In this document: in pieces, positions 9,622-20,202 of the stretch
How the letters are laid out: each line of letters starts with the position of its first letter
Numbering within the stretch: the first letter of the stretch is position 1
Source: a virus
Taxonomy: Duplodnaviria; Caudoviricetes
IMG/VR virus record: IMGVR_UViG_3300033153_006334
Coordinates: 1 to 54,067 of that record
DNA length: 54,067 nt
Reading direction: 5' to 3' (one strand)
Made by a program: the position numbers and the translations under genes
The notes under the pieces: model-generated
What the model saw: only the letters and a program-made list of their open reading frames with translations
Told to the model about the DNA's origin: nothing
The model's database searches: none

Positions 9622-12600
9622 AGACTTTAAGCGCATTTAATCAGACTGCTGTTGATAATCCGCATGTGGATATAATTAGGCTTGTTAAAATTGATTTTGG
9701 TGGTCTGATTTTGTATCTGTGTGACAGAACATGGGGAGATTCAGGCAGTAAGTGTATATTTAATGGTCAAATATATGAGCCGTTAATTGTTTCTTGGGGA
9801 ACTATTGACCAAGGAAGAATCGACCCCATTACTTTTCGATACTCTCCCGGACAAGCAAGTTTTACTGTTGATAACAAACCCACTGTTGGTGGATTTGATT
9901 GTTTCACTTCTATCTTTCCTACTTATAGACCGCACAAAGCGATTGTAACAATATCACAAATATTTAATGGAGCAACACTTGCAGCAGATGAAATAACTGA
10001 GTGGGAAGGAAAGATTGAAGACTTCCCTACAATGAAACAAGATGTTGTTGGTATGACTTGTATAGGTTATGATTTATCTATATTAGCCTCCTTTGAACAC
10101 ACCACTGTTTCTTTTTCTAATTATCCCGGAGCAGACCCTGATGAAGTTGGAAAGATGCTCCCTGTTGTATATGGAGAAGCAAAGAAAGTTCCTTTTATAG
10201 CTGCTGATGTTGGTTCAATGACGACAACGACTGAGGATTTAGATACTACTGAGACTGTAATTGATGTTACGGATGCCAGTCTTTTTCCTACTTCTGGTAC
10301 GATACAAATAGACAGTGAAGAAATTGATTATACAGGAACTACCGCAACACAGTTTACTGGTTGTACTAGAGGTGTGAATGATACAGATGCTTCAGAACAT
10401 GACCCTGCTGCGACTGTTGCTGAACTACAATCTAATTATTATTTTATTATTGAACATCCGCTTGTTTCTGTGCCAGTTGTTTATGTTGAGCATAGGACAA
10501 CAGGAGAGTTTGTTAGACAATTAACAGATATTTATACAATCTATACAGGGCAAACAGGGGATGAACATGCAAGTTATCCAGGTAAAGGGGTAATTGAGTT
10601 TAATCTTCTCCCTTCCATAAATAAACAAATAAACATAGAGGCAGTAGATACCATTGATGTAGATGACGCCATTGGTGTCGATGATAATATTGGTATGTCT
10701 GTTGGAGGGAATACAAAAGACTGCTATCCTAATTCTGGTCCCTCTTCTGGTAGGGATGGTAGTACTTGGACGGCATATCGACTGCCTCTTGGTGTTACTT
10801 CTTTTGGTTTTGCATCAACAAATTATGGAACAATTGTTTCCCAAACTATCTTTGTATATGTGCAGAGTTTTGATACAGGATATTGTAATATTAGTCTTTC
10901 TGGTGGAAGTGGCAGTTTGATTGTACAAGGGTATATGTCTCATGGTTCTTGGATGCGTATTCCTTGTACTGGTGGAAGTTGGAGTTCCAGTATTGTAATG
11001 AACTCTGGTAGTGGGGAATTTTGGGTATTTGATTGTTATAAAGTTGTTGAATACAATGCCACAGGCTCCAAAACTGGTTCAGCTTATAGAGATGGAGCAG
11101 CAACAAAAACAGGAACAGTTACTTTAACAGGGAATAGTGTTGCAGATACAGTTATTGGTGGTGCTGTTTGTGCTGATGTCCAAGGTTACCCTGCTGATGC
11201 TTCTGGAAATTATGGGACTGTGGATTCTTTAATTGCAAGACCTGACCATATATTGAAGCATATTCTTGTGAAGAAGTGCAGTCTTTCTATTGATAGAATA
11301 GATACAGCTTCCTATGATGCGTCAGGAGCAAGGTATACAACATACTTCATGGAGCAAGCAGTTGTTTTGTTGAACCCTCCTGTTGTTCCTGATTTAGTGT
11401 ATGATATAGCAAGACAATCACGCTCTCTTGTGTTTTGGGAAGCAGGACAACACCATCTTAGATTTATTGAAATGGAAGAAACAACGGACAAAGAACTTAT
11501 TGCAAATAGAATTGACTTAAACTCAATAAAAGTAAGTTATACAAATCGAACTTATATAAAAAATAAATTTACTGCTGTTTTCAATAAAGAATGGACTGCT
11601 GCAAGCAGACAAGGAGTTGAGCTTTTTACAGAGGCTATTGAAGTTCAGGACGATGATAGTATAGATGATTATGGAACTTTAGAAGCAGAGCAAATTGAAT
11701 ATCCTTATATAGAGGATGGAGGGACAGCTTTAATTTGTTTGAATGATGTAAAAGTAAATAAAAAAAGACCAAAGAATTTAATAGAGTTAATTGGAGGTCT
11801 TTACTTGTCTGAGTTAGAAATGGGGGATGTTCTCTCCTTTTCCTTTAGTAGTGGTGATAAACTTGACCTAGCTTTATTGAAGCTAATAGCTTCGACAGTG
11901 AATCAATTCCGAGTTATGGGCAAAATACAAACATCTAAATCAGATATGAAACTGTATTTGTCCTTTGAGGCAACATCTGATGCAATTACCTATGAAGGAG
12001 CTTTCTACCCTATTGTTTCTTCTGATGATGGTTATTGTATATCGACTTTCTTTTATAATAATGTAAATGAAAATATTATTGGTGGTACAAGTGATGAAAC
12101 ATCGACTTCTTCAACTTCTTCGACAGCTTCAACTACCAGTACTTCAAGTTCAACCCATTCAACCACTACGTTTACAACTACATCTACAAGCACGACAATA
12201 TCAACTACCAGTTCAAGTACAACAACCAGTTCAAGTTCTTCTTCAAGTACAACCACAACTACTGGAACTTTTACAACCACAACAACGGTTAATCCTTGTG
12301 ATATTGGATATGAGACTGCAAATAGATGTGTAGGAGCAGTTGCTACAGCTTCCTCAGATGAATTAGGACACGAAGCTCCCGATGCTATTGATGAAGATAT
12401 AGATAATTATTGGAAATCTGATGCTTCTGGTTTTCCACAGTGGATTAATATAGAAATGCCAATTGCAAGAACGATTGGTAAGATTGTAATAAAGACAGAT
12501 AGTACTCAATTTACTTATCATCCTACTTCTTATGATTTGAAAGCATCAACTACAGGAGTCTTTGGTGGAGAAGAAGTCACTCTGTTAAGTCATACGAGTA

Positions 12601-12911
12601 TTAGTTGGTCTTCAAATGAGACAAAAGAATGGTGGTTTGAGAACGGAACAGCTTATAGACATTGGAGATTATATATTAATGGGAATGCGGCTGGACAATA
12701 TGCAACTATCTGTGAATTAGAATTGTATCAGTGCAATGCTTATACAACAACGACAACCACAACTTCGAGTTCAACCAGTTCTACGGCTTCAACTACGAGT
12801 ACAGTATCAACAACCAGTACCATTTCTACTACAAGTAGTACAGTTTCAACAACCAGTTCTACATATTCATCTACAACGAGCAGCAGCACAACCACAACAA
12901 CTACAGCATAA
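9618..12911 (+). CDS. tail-tip/baseplate hub protein with two Ser/Thr tracts flanking a discoidin (F5/8 type C)-like domain
   Basis: Hub position; 'ATASS...APDAID...YWKS...PQWINIEM...AYRHWRLYI...ICELELY'; S/T tracts at ~12085-12290 and ~12743-12908. Confidence 0.75.
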   Translation: MKTLSAFNQTAVDNPHVDIIRLVKIDFGGLILYLCDRTWGDSGSKCIFNGQIYEPLIVSWGTIDQGRIDPITFRYSPGQASFTVDNKPTVGGFDCFTSIFPTYRPHKAIVTISQIFNGATLAADEITEWEGKIEDFPTMKQDVVGMTCIGYDLSILASFEHTTVSFSNYPGADPDEVGKMLPVVYGEAKKVPFIAADVGSMTTTTEDLDTTETVIDVTDASLFPTSGTIQIDSEEIDYTGTTATQFTGCTRGVNDTDASEHDPAATVAELQSNYYFIIEHPLVSVPVVYVEHRTTGEFVRQLTDIYTIYTGQTGDEHASYPGKGVIEFNLLPSINKQINIEAVDTIDVDDAIGVDDNIGMSVGGNTKDCYPNSGPSSGRDGSTWTAYRLPLGVTSFGFASTNYGTIVSQTIFVYVQSFDTGYCNISLSGGSGSLIVQGYMSHGSWMRIPCTGGSWSSSIVMNSGSGEFWVFDCYKVVEYNATGSKTGSAYRDGAATKTGTVTLTGNSVADTVIGGAVCADVQGYPADASGNYGTVDSLIARPDHILKHILVKKCSLSIDRIDTASYDASGARYTTYFMEQAVVLLNPPVVPDLVYDIARQSRSLVFWEAGQHHLRFIEMEETTDKELIANRIDLNSIKVSYTNRTYIKNKFTAVFNKEWTAASRQGVELFTEAIEVQDDDSIDDYGTLEAEQIEYPYIEDGGTALICLNDVKVNKKRPKNLIELIGGLYLSELEMGDVLSFSFSSGDKLDLALLKLIASTVNQFRVMGKIQTSKSDMKLYLSFEATSDAITYEGAFYPIVSSDDGYCISTFFYNNVNENIIGGTSDETSTSSTSSTASTTSTSSSTHSTTTFTTTSTSTTISTTSSSTTTSSSSSSSTTTTTGTFTTTTTVNPCDIGYETANRCVGAVATASSDELGHEAPDAIDEDIDNYWKSDASGFPQWINIEMPIARTIGKIVIKTDSTQFTYHPTSYDLKASTTGVFGGEEVTLLSHTSISWSSNETKEWWFENGTAYRHWRLYINGNAAGQYATICELELYQCNAYTTTTTTTSSSTSSTASTTSTVSTTSTISTTSSTVSTTSSTYSSTTSSSTTTTTTA

Positions 12912-12920
12912 GGAAAGAAA

Positions 12921-14471
12921 ATGGCTAACAGAGCTTTTATAAGATTTAGAAATGTAACAATACCAAGTTATTCAATAGTGTCTAATGTTTTTGCTAGGTT
13001 TACTGCATACTCTAATAGGTCTGATACTCCTGTTAATTTAAGATGTGCTTTTGTTAATGAAGAAAATCCAGATGCCCCAGTTTCCTATGCAGAATTACAG
13101 GCTTTTAGTTTAACAGATTGGGTTTCTTGGGATACTTTAGAAGGCTGGACAGATGGAACAGTTTATGATACTCCTGATTTGACAGACATATTACAGGATG
13201 TGATAAACAGTTCTGGGTGGTCTTTTAATGATAATATTATATTAATTATTGAAGATGTTAGTTCAAGTGGTCAGAGGGGGTTTTCGTCTGTACAGTTTAA
13301 TAGTGGAGATGAAAGAGCAACTCTATTTGGTGATTATACAGCGAGAGAAGGTACAGTGTCAGAAAGTTTTATTATTAGAGAAGATTTAGGTTTTTCTGGG
13401 AGTATTGGAAGAAGAGCAATCGTTAGGTCATCCAATAATGAATTATTTTGTATTTATTCCCGTGAGAATGGTGATTTTTTACAACTCTGTTGTGGCAAAT
13501 CTGTGGATAATGGGGAAACTTGGTTTGAAACAGTCTTATATTCTGTAGAATCTACATTAGGAATGGAACCAATTATAGCAATAGATAGTGATAATTATTT
13601 GCATATTGCTTGGATTGATGGCACATATTTTGCTCGACAAATTAAATATTGTAAATGGGATACAGTAGCAACTCCAACAATTCAAGAATTGACTGCTGTG
13701 AGATATAAGGTAGAAAGTATATCCATAGCTATAGATAGTAATGATTATGTTCATATAGTATGGGCGAATAGAACTATTAGTGGTAATGTTTCGGATATTT
13801 ATTATATACAATATACAACAAGTTGGCAATCCGAACAAAACTTAACTAATGCTACTACCTACCAAACAAGTCCTTCCATTGCCATAGATTCTCTTGACAA
13901 TATTCATGTTGTTTGGTCGGGGGCACCAGTAGGAGAAACTATATATCAAATTAGGTATATGGAATATACTACAAGTTGGAGTTCTATTACTACCTTAACC
14001 AATGCAGGCGCTTCTAGAGCAAACCCTACTATAGCCATAGATAGTAATGATTATTTACATATTGCTTGGATAGGCAGTATAGGTGTTTACTATAAAGAAG
14101 TTGAATATATAAAATATACTATAAGTTGGGGAAGTGTAGTCACTTTGATGTCCAGTGATATTATTATGAAGCTTGGTATTTCTATTGCTGTGGATAGTAA
14201 TGATTATATATATATTTTGTGGTCACAAAATATGCTGTCTGGAAGATACTTATTAAGACAGATAGAGTATACTACAAGTTGGAGCATCCCTATAACTTTA
14301 ATCCCACATGGAATAGAGCAAGGAAAGGAACCATCTCTTGTATCTTCTTTGCACCCAATAGTAAATTCAATAAAAGCAAATATCCCTAATACAGGGTATG
14401 CACTAATGTATGATGCTGACAGTTATAACATTATGTTCTATGGCAGTGACGATTTAACTTGGGAAACGTAA
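12921..14471 (+). CDS. beta-propeller (BNR/Asp-box) tail-associated protein with N-terminal beta-sandwich
   Basis: Asp-box SVDNGETW; five 'IAIDSxDxxHIxW...Y...YTTSW'-type repeats. Confidence 0.7.
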   Translation: MANRAFIRFRNVTIPSYSIVSNVFARFTAYSNRSDTPVNLRCAFVNEENPDAPVSYAELQAFSLTDWVSWDTLEGWTDGTVYDTPDLTDILQDVINSSGWSFNDNIILIIEDVSSSGQRGFSSVQFNSGDERATLFGDYTAREGTVSESFIIREDLGFSGSIGRRAIVRSSNNELFCIYSRENGDFLQLCCGKSVDNGETWFETVLYSVESTLGMEPIIAIDSDNYLHIAWIDGTYFARQIKYCKWDTVATPTIQELTAVRYKVESISIAIDSNDYVHIVWANRTISGNVSDIYYIQYTTSWQSEQNLTNATTYQTSPSIAIDSLDNIHVVWSGAPVGETIYQIRYMEYTTSWSSITTLTNAGASRANPTIAIDSNDYLHIAWIGSIGVYYKEVEYIKYTISWGSVVTLMSSDIIMKLGISIAVDSNDYIYILWSQNMLSGRYLLRQIEYTTSWSIPITLIPHGIEQGKEPSLVSSLHPIVNSIKANIPNTGYALMYDADSYNIMFYGSDDLTWET

Positions 14472-14510
14472 CACAATCATTATTAACCCTAATGAAGAAA
14501 GGAGAACAAA

Positions 14511-15719
14511 ATGAAAATTGCACTATTAACAAATTTTATGGAGTTTCAACCTGGGTATTCCTTAACAGGAATTGTAAAAGACCAAGCTATTATGTTATCA
14601 AGGTTTGGTCATGACGTTCATCTGTTTGTAAATTCAGGATACAATGGGGAAGAGTTTGATGAATCTGTCACACTCCACAAGAGCATCCCTTTTACTCATT
14701 TAATAGATTATGAATCTGTTAATGATGTCACCGATGAACACAAGGAGATTATTGAGCAATGCAGGAAGAATTTAGTTGAGGAGTTAGCAGATTTTGACTT
14801 TGCTTTCACGCATGATTTCGTGTTTACAGGATGGTTTATGATATATGGACAAGCATGTAAGCAAGCTACTATAAGCCTTCCTAATTTACGCTGGCTGCAT
14901 TGGATACATTCAGTGCACAAGCTTGTCTTCCCAAACAATACGGACAGAATCAGAGTTGCAGAACAGTTTAGGGGATTTTCTGACGATGTTAGAATTATCC
15001 CACACATAAAGGATTTGCGAACGTTCTTTGATTTTAATGAGGACACTTGTAGATTTATTGATAAGTACCCTGCGATAATGCAAGCAGATGTTGTTCAGGT
15101 TCTTCCTGCTTCGGTTGATAGACTATCTTCCAAACGAGTCAAGGAAGTTATGAACATGTTTGCCGAAATGAAGATGCAAGGAAAATCGGTATTTCTTGTT
15201 ATTGTAAATCAATGGGCAACCGGAAGGAAGCAGAAAGAAGACACCAATATATATCGAACACACGCAATGAAAAATGGATTGATCGACCAGAAGGAATTTG
15301 CTTTTACTTCGGATTTTGAATCACCAAAGTTTGATGTTGGTATTCCAAAAGAAATGCTGAGAGAATTATTTCAGTGTTCTAACCTATTTATCTTTCCAAC
15401 AAGAGAAGAGAGTTTCGGATTAGTTGTTCCTGAGGCTTCATTGGCAGGGGGAGTTTTTATGGTTCTGAATAAGTCGTTGCAGATGCAAGTTGAAATCAGT
15501 GGTAACTTTGCGACATACTTTGAGTTTGGTTCACATACACAAACATTCAACCCCGATGACCCAGCAAAGTATTATCACGACCTTGCTATGATTACTATTG
15601 CAAGGATGAAAGAGAATGAATCGGTAATGACTAAGACGTTCATGCGACAAAGGTATAACATGGATAATCTTTACAGGACATTTTATGAACCAACAATGAT
15701 GGAATTGAAAGGGATATAA
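14511..15719 (+). CDS. GT-B (GT4-like) glycosyltransferase
   Basis: 'FGHDVHLF' N-terminus; 'FIFPTREESFGLVVPEA' ExFG-x4-E motif. Confidence 0.9.
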   Translation: MKIALLTNFMEFQPGYSLTGIVKDQAIMLSRFGHDVHLFVNSGYNGEEFDESVTLHKSIPFTHLIDYESVNDVTDEHKEIIEQCRKNLVEELADFDFAFTHDFVFTGWFMIYGQACKQATISLPNLRWLHWIHSVHKLVFPNNTDRIRVAEQFRGFSDDVRIIPHIKDLRTFFDFNEDTCRFIDKYPAIMQADVVQVLPASVDRLSSKRVKEVMNMFAEMKMQGKSVFLVIVNQWATGRKQKEDTNIYRTHAMKNGLIDQKEFAFTSDFESPKFDVGIPKEMLRELFQCSNLFIFPTREESFGLVVPEASLAGGVFMVLNKSLQMQVEISGNFATYFEFGSHTQTFNPDDPAKYYHDLAMITIARMKENESVMTKTFMRQRYNMDNLYRTFYEPTMMELKGI

Positions 15720-15720
15720 A

Positions 15721-16308
15721 ATGACAGGACATAGAACTTGGTTGGGGGATGAAGGGTTGAGGATTGTTGCTTGCCATCAGGAAGGGGAACTGGCAATTAT
15801 CAGAGATGTTGTTCTTGATTTTAAGCCAGAGTTAATGGTTGAATTAGGAACATGTGTTGGTGGAATTACTTTACTATTGCATCAATGTTTCCCCGATATC
15901 CCTTTGCACTCTTTTGATAATAAGTCAATAGTGAAGAGTGCAAAGAAAGCTCGGAGCAGTCTTACTATTGAGCTACTTGAAAGATTTCAGAAGGAGGCAT
16001 TCAATGAAAATGTTGAGTTCCATGTTGCAGATGTGTTTGCAGATGGGAAGTATATTGTTGAGTGCCTTCTTACAAGTGAGAAAAGAAAATTCCTTTACTG
16101 CGATAATGGCAATAAGGACATGGAAATAAATCTGTTTGCAAAATGTTTATCTATAGGAGATGTACTTGGAGTGCATGATTGGGGATTTGAAGTTGGATGG
16201 GAATGGGCAGGAGTAAAGGAAACCCTGTCTTCTTTTGAAGAGATGAGTATAAATGAAACGCTCAGAGATAAATTTTTAACAGCAAGATTTTTTAGGAAAA
16301 TAAAATGA
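15721..16308 (+). CDS. class I SAM-dependent methyltransferase (CmcI/Methyltransf_24-like)
   Basis: 'KPELMVELGTCVGG' motif I; 'LGVHDW'. Confidence 0.75.
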   Translation: MTGHRTWLGDEGLRIVACHQEGELAIIRDVVLDFKPELMVELGTCVGGITLLLHQCFPDIPLHSFDNKSIVKSAKKARSSLTIELLERFQKEAFNENVEFHVADVFADGKYIVECLLTSEKRKFLYCDNGNKDMEINLFAKCLSIGDVLGVHDWGFEVGWEWAGVKETLSSFEEMSINETLRDKFLTARFFRKIK

Positions 16309-16994
16309 ATAAATTTGAAGTAGTAATACCAGTTGTTAATGTTGATTTATTGGTTAATCTTTTTGATAGCATATCTATCAATACTTTGTTGCCAAGAAAA
16401 ATTATTATAATAAATAATACTGGTAGCTCAACTAATTGGTTATTTAATAGAGCGGTTCCTTTTCTTAATAAAAAAATAACTGTTTACGTTTACTACTCAA
16501 AAACAGGACTTTGCAATGAATCAATAAATCTTGGCATTACTAAACTGTCGAAAGACTGTGATTATGTCAGCGTTTTGAATGATGATATCGTTCTTACTAA
16601 AAATTTCTTTCAGAGAAATGCAGACTTGTTACAGGATAAAGCTTGTGGTGTGTCTTGTCCTTTTACTGTTCACTCTATGGATGAGTTAAAAATAGGGGAA
16701 GTTGAAAAGCAAGTGATGAGAAAAAGAGAAGGGTGGGCACTCACAATAAAGAAAGATGTGCTTGATAAAATTCCTTTGTTTCCATCTGAAAGAATAGCCA
16801 CATTTCATTGGGATGATTGGATTTGGTTTCATACATGCAAAGATTTGAATTTTTATTGGCTAAAGGACAGAGGAAACATGGTCTTTCATCATGTAGGGTC
16901 TTCGGTAGCTAAGTTAGGTTTTAAAAAACACAAAGCAAGAGAGCGTCTTGAGTTTAATAAAATAGGTCAAGAAAAAAAGTGGGGTAGAACATGA
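16305..16994 (+). CDS. GT2 glycosyltransferase
   Basis: 'VVIPVVN', 'IIIINN', 'VLNDDIV', 'WDDW', 'FHHVGSS'. Confidence 0.85.
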   Translation: MNKFEVVIPVVNVDLLVNLFDSISINTLLPRKIIIINNTGSSTNWLFNRAVPFLNKKITVYVYYSKTGLCNESINLGITKLSKDCDYVSVLNDDIVLTKNFFQRNADLLQDKACGVSCPFTVHSMDELKIGEVEKQVMRKREGWALTIKKDVLDKIPLFPSERIATFHWDDWIWFHTCKDLNFYWLKDRGNMVFHHVGSSVAKLGFKKHKARERLEFNKIGQEKKWGRT

Positions 16995-18112
16995 GATTAG
17001 TTTTTCTTTACACAAGTTTTGGTCCCAATCCTGTGGGTTCTAATACATACTGGAACCCAAGGGACATTACGCAGAATTTTTATGCTGTGAATATAAATGG
17101 TCTTTTATCTGAAGGCTATTTTTATATGCTTAAAAGGATGTTAGAGGAAAAGGTAGTAGATGACTTAGTTATTTTCATTGAATCAAGTAAGTCTCCCGGC
17201 TGTGTTCACTTGCAAGGAATCCCATGTTATGTCACTCCTCAGATAGAATATATCGAAGAGTTTTTAAGGGAGGACGATGTTATCTTTGCGAGAGGTGGAT
17301 TTAGAACTTGGTTTCCTTTCCTTGAGAAAATGAAAGCACAGAAAAGATGGCTTCTTTTGTATGCAGCAAATACAGGAAGGCAGAGATGGAAATTTTGGGA
17401 TGTTATTTTCGATGATCTAACAGGAAAGCATTCTTATGACATACACAATAGGTTCTTTTTCGATTTTAAGAAACCAATACATGAAGACATATTTTATCCA
17501 ACGAAAACAGAAAGGATTTATGATATTTGTATAGGTGCTTCTCATATACATGAGAAAAAAGGACAGTGGAAAACAGTCGAAGCAATAATTGAATATGAAA
17601 AGATGTTTGGTAAGAAATTAAAGTGCATCATGCCGGGGAGAGGGAACCGTGGAGTAAACACAACTAATATAAAAAATAAGGTGAGAGACTTCCACTTGGA
17701 TATCACTTTCCCCGGCATGGTTACAAGAGATGTTGTCTGTGAGATAATGAATCAATCAAAATTGTTTATGTATCTTGGTGGGGGTGGACAGAACGATAGA
17801 GGTCCCTTAGAAGCTTTGAGATGTGGAACTCCCATTATGATTGCCAATCCTCCCAATCATTCTCCTGTTGTTTATAGCAACCCACAAGTTTGTGGTGTAA
17901 TTGAGAACAGCGAAAACTTTCAATTGGTTGCTAATGAGATGCATGATGTATTAAAACAAACGAGTGAAGGGAAACGAGAATATGTTTCCAGTTATTTTCA
18001 ATCTTCTTGTGGGTTGAGTGAGGTTATCATTCCAGACATGAGAAAATTGTTTAATATTATAAGGGCAAATCCTGTGCCCAATGCAGAGACACTTAAAAAG
18101 GAGTATCTATGA
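16991..18112 (+). CDS. GT-B (GT4-like) glycosyltransferase
   Basis: 'HEKKGQ', 'PLEALRCGTPIM'. Confidence 0.8.
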   Translation: MRLVFLYTSFGPNPVGSNTYWNPRDITQNFYAVNINGLLSEGYFYMLKRMLEEKVVDDLVIFIESSKSPGCVHLQGIPCYVTPQIEYIEEFLREDDVIFARGGFRTWFPFLEKMKAQKRWLLLYAANTGRQRWKFWDVIFDDLTGKHSYDIHNRFFFDFKKPIHEDIFYPTKTERIYDICIGASHIHEKKGQWKTVEAIIEYEKMFGKKLKCIMPGRGNRGVNTTNIKNKVRDFHLDITFPGMVTRDVVCEIMNQSKLFMYLGGGGQNDRGPLEALRCGTPIMIANPPNHSPVVYSNPQVCGVIENSENFQLVANEMHDVLKQTSEGKREYVSSYFQSSCGLSEVIIPDMRKLFNIIRANPVPNAETLKKEYL

Positions 18113-18774
18113 AAATACCAATAGGAATACTTACATACAGAAGACCGGAGTATCTTAAAAGAACGATTGAATCTTTTTTAGATTTGAATAGTGATAGATT
18201 AGATATGTTTCCTTTACTTCTACTTATACAAGGAGGCTATGATAAGGAAACTGATTTGGCAATTGAACAGTTTGAAAAGCATATGTACAGGATATATATT
18301 TCGGAAGAAAATTTAGGCTGTGCAGCAGGGTATAATAAAGTAATGGGGTATGCTTTGTCAAGAGAAACGGATTTGGTTATGCATTTGCAGGATGATTGGG
18401 AATCGAGAGAATCTTTATCAAAATATATTGATGAAATTATCAATGTATTTGAGGAGCATCAGGACATTGGTTATATGCGATTGAGAGCTTGGAGATTAGG
18501 CACCCGTGTCTGTGGAAAGAATAGAATAACGAGAGAGGGAATTAAATATGATAGTGTATCTGAGAATATAGCCAAATCTACTGCCCATTTCACACTCAAC
18601 CCAACAATCATAAGAAGTGTTGTTTTAAGGAAAATGCTCCCAATCACAAAAGAACTAAATGCTATGCACAAGTACCATGAACTTAACATGAAAGCTGCTC
18701 AGTTATATGCCAATTGTTTTCGTCACATAGGAGCAGATAGGGCAATGGAAGAGGGCAAAAGGTGGATAAAATGA
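18109..18774 (+). CDS. GT2 glycosyltransferase
   Basis: 'ILTYRRPEYLKRTIESF', 'ENLGCAAGYN', 'HLQDDW', 'RHIG'. Confidence 0.85.
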   Translation: MKIPIGILTYRRPEYLKRTIESFLDLNSDRLDMFPLLLLIQGGYDKETDLAIEQFEKHMYRIYISEENLGCAAGYNKVMGYALSRETDLVMHLQDDWESRESLSKYIDEIINVFEEHQDIGYMRLRAWRLGTRVCGKNRITREGIKYDSVSENIAKSTAHFTLNPTIIRSVVLRKMLPITKELNAMHKYHELNMKAAQLYANCFRHIGADRAMEEGKRWIK

Positions 18775-19472
18775 TTTGCGGATATATGCATGTTTATCAA
18801 GTACACAATTGGTCAGAGATTATGGAGCAACAGCTTTACAGAATAAAGAAGTCGAGTCTTTTTAATAAAATGGAAAAGTTGTATGTTGGTGTAATTGGAA
18901 AAGAACCAGTAAGGGCTCTTGGTAAGAAAATAGAAATAATCTATCAAATAGATAAGCCAAAATTATATGAGTCGCTTACTCTTACCTGTTTACATTTGAA
19001 CTCACACACATTTAATGGACAAGTTTTCTATACCCACACAAAAGGGGTTTCTCGAAACTCTCCACAGCCCCAAACTGATTGGCGAAAAATGATGGAACAC
19101 TTTATAATTGACCGACACAAGGAGTGTTTGAAGGAACTGAATAAAAACGATGTTGTTGGCATTAACTGGCATCTTGGGAATGGGCATATGAATGCCAAAA
19201 TTAAATTTGCTGAAGGAGCGAAAGTAACTCCTCACTTTTCTGGAAATTTCTGGTGGGCAAATACAGATTATATTAAAAAGCTTCCCATATTATTTCCATT
19301 GAAGAGTAGATATGATTGTGAGTTTTGGATAGGGAAAGCAGTTCCTAAAATAGCTGAGTTGTGGCACACAGGAATACACCATCATAGAAAAACATATGAG
19401 GAATCGGAATATATTGGAAAGATCAAAGCTCAATATTACTATGGGAATGAAAGAAGACATAACGTTGCATAG
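18771..19472 (+). CDS. putative glycosyltransferase-like protein
   Basis: 'YTHTKGVS' and 'HFSGNFWWA' motifs recalled from glycan loci of large viruses; ATGA-coupled start at 18771. Confidence 0.5.
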   Translation: MICGYMHVYQVHNWSEIMEQQLYRIKKSSLFNKMEKLYVGVIGKEPVRALGKKIEIIYQIDKPKLYESLTLTCLHLNSHTFNGQVFYTHTKGVSRNSPQPQTDWRKMMEHFIIDRHKECLKELNKNDVVGINWHLGNGHMNAKIKFAEGAKVTPHFSGNFWWANTDYIKKLPILFPLKSRYDCEFWIGKAVPKIAELWHTGIHHHRKTYEESEYIGKIKAQYYYGNERRHNVA

Positions 19473-19494
19473 ATTATAGGAGAAATCACATATT

Positions 19495-20202
19495 ATGAGC
19501 ATTGTGGACAGTTCAGAGAAGAGAAAAAGGATATTATCAGAGCTTGAAACAACGATTTTGGATTTAGGAGTTGATGACGTTCCTGTTTTTGGTGGGAAAT
19601 ACGAAGGAGGGATTCATTTACAACAGGTTTCTGATGAGATATCTGAGTGCATTTATGATTTGGTAAATATGAACTTCAATGTAAAGTTGAATTTTTTAGA
19701 GATTGGTGCTGCTGCTGGTGGGAATACATATCTGTTTAATCACTTTTTTAATTTTGAAAACATAGCAATTATTGATGATAACAAACATAAAAAATATGCG
19801 CTCAGACAAGAAATATTAAAAGACGTTCCTCACAGTGAGTTTATTGGTAATTCTCACTCGGAGCAAGCAGTAAAATTTTTGGAAAATCTTCAATGTAATT
19901 ATAACATAATATTTATTGATGGTGACCATAGTTATGAGGGGGTGAAGCAGGATTTTGAAACGTACAAGAAATTTTTAAACTACAGTGGTTTTGTTATTTT
20001 CCATGACACATATTTTTGTGAAGGAGTTAGACGCTTTGCAAATGAGTTAAAAGAAGAGGCACTTTTGTTTAATCCCCACCACAATGATATACAGCCGATA
20101 AAATTCTTTGGTGAGTATATAAGTGAAGGGAAAAGAAAATTAGGAATTACAGTTTTTCAAATTTATTCAATCCCAAAATGGAGGGAAAACGATGGAATGT
20201 AG
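19495..20202 (+). CDS. class I SAM-dependent methyltransferase (Methyltransf_24-like)
   Basis: 'LEIGAAAGG', 'IFIDGDHSYEGVKQDF', 'IFHD'. Confidence 0.9.
   Translation: MSIVDSSEKRKRILSELETTILDLGVDDVPVFGGKYEGGIHLQQVSDEISECIYDLVNMNFNVKLNFLEIGAAAGGNTYLFNHFFNFENIAIIDDNKHKKYALRQEILKDVPHSEFIGNSHSEQAVKFLENLQCNYNIIFIDGDHSYEGVKQDFETYKKFLNYSGFVIFHDTYFCEGVRRFANELKEEALLFNPHHNDIQPIKFFGEYISEGKRKLGITVFQIYSIPKWRENDGM

Noticed and set aside
14895-14935. Possible in-frame deletion in the first GT4 (WIHSV|HKLVFPN looks abrupt)
   Set aside because: The frame is intact and no homolog alignment is available to support it.
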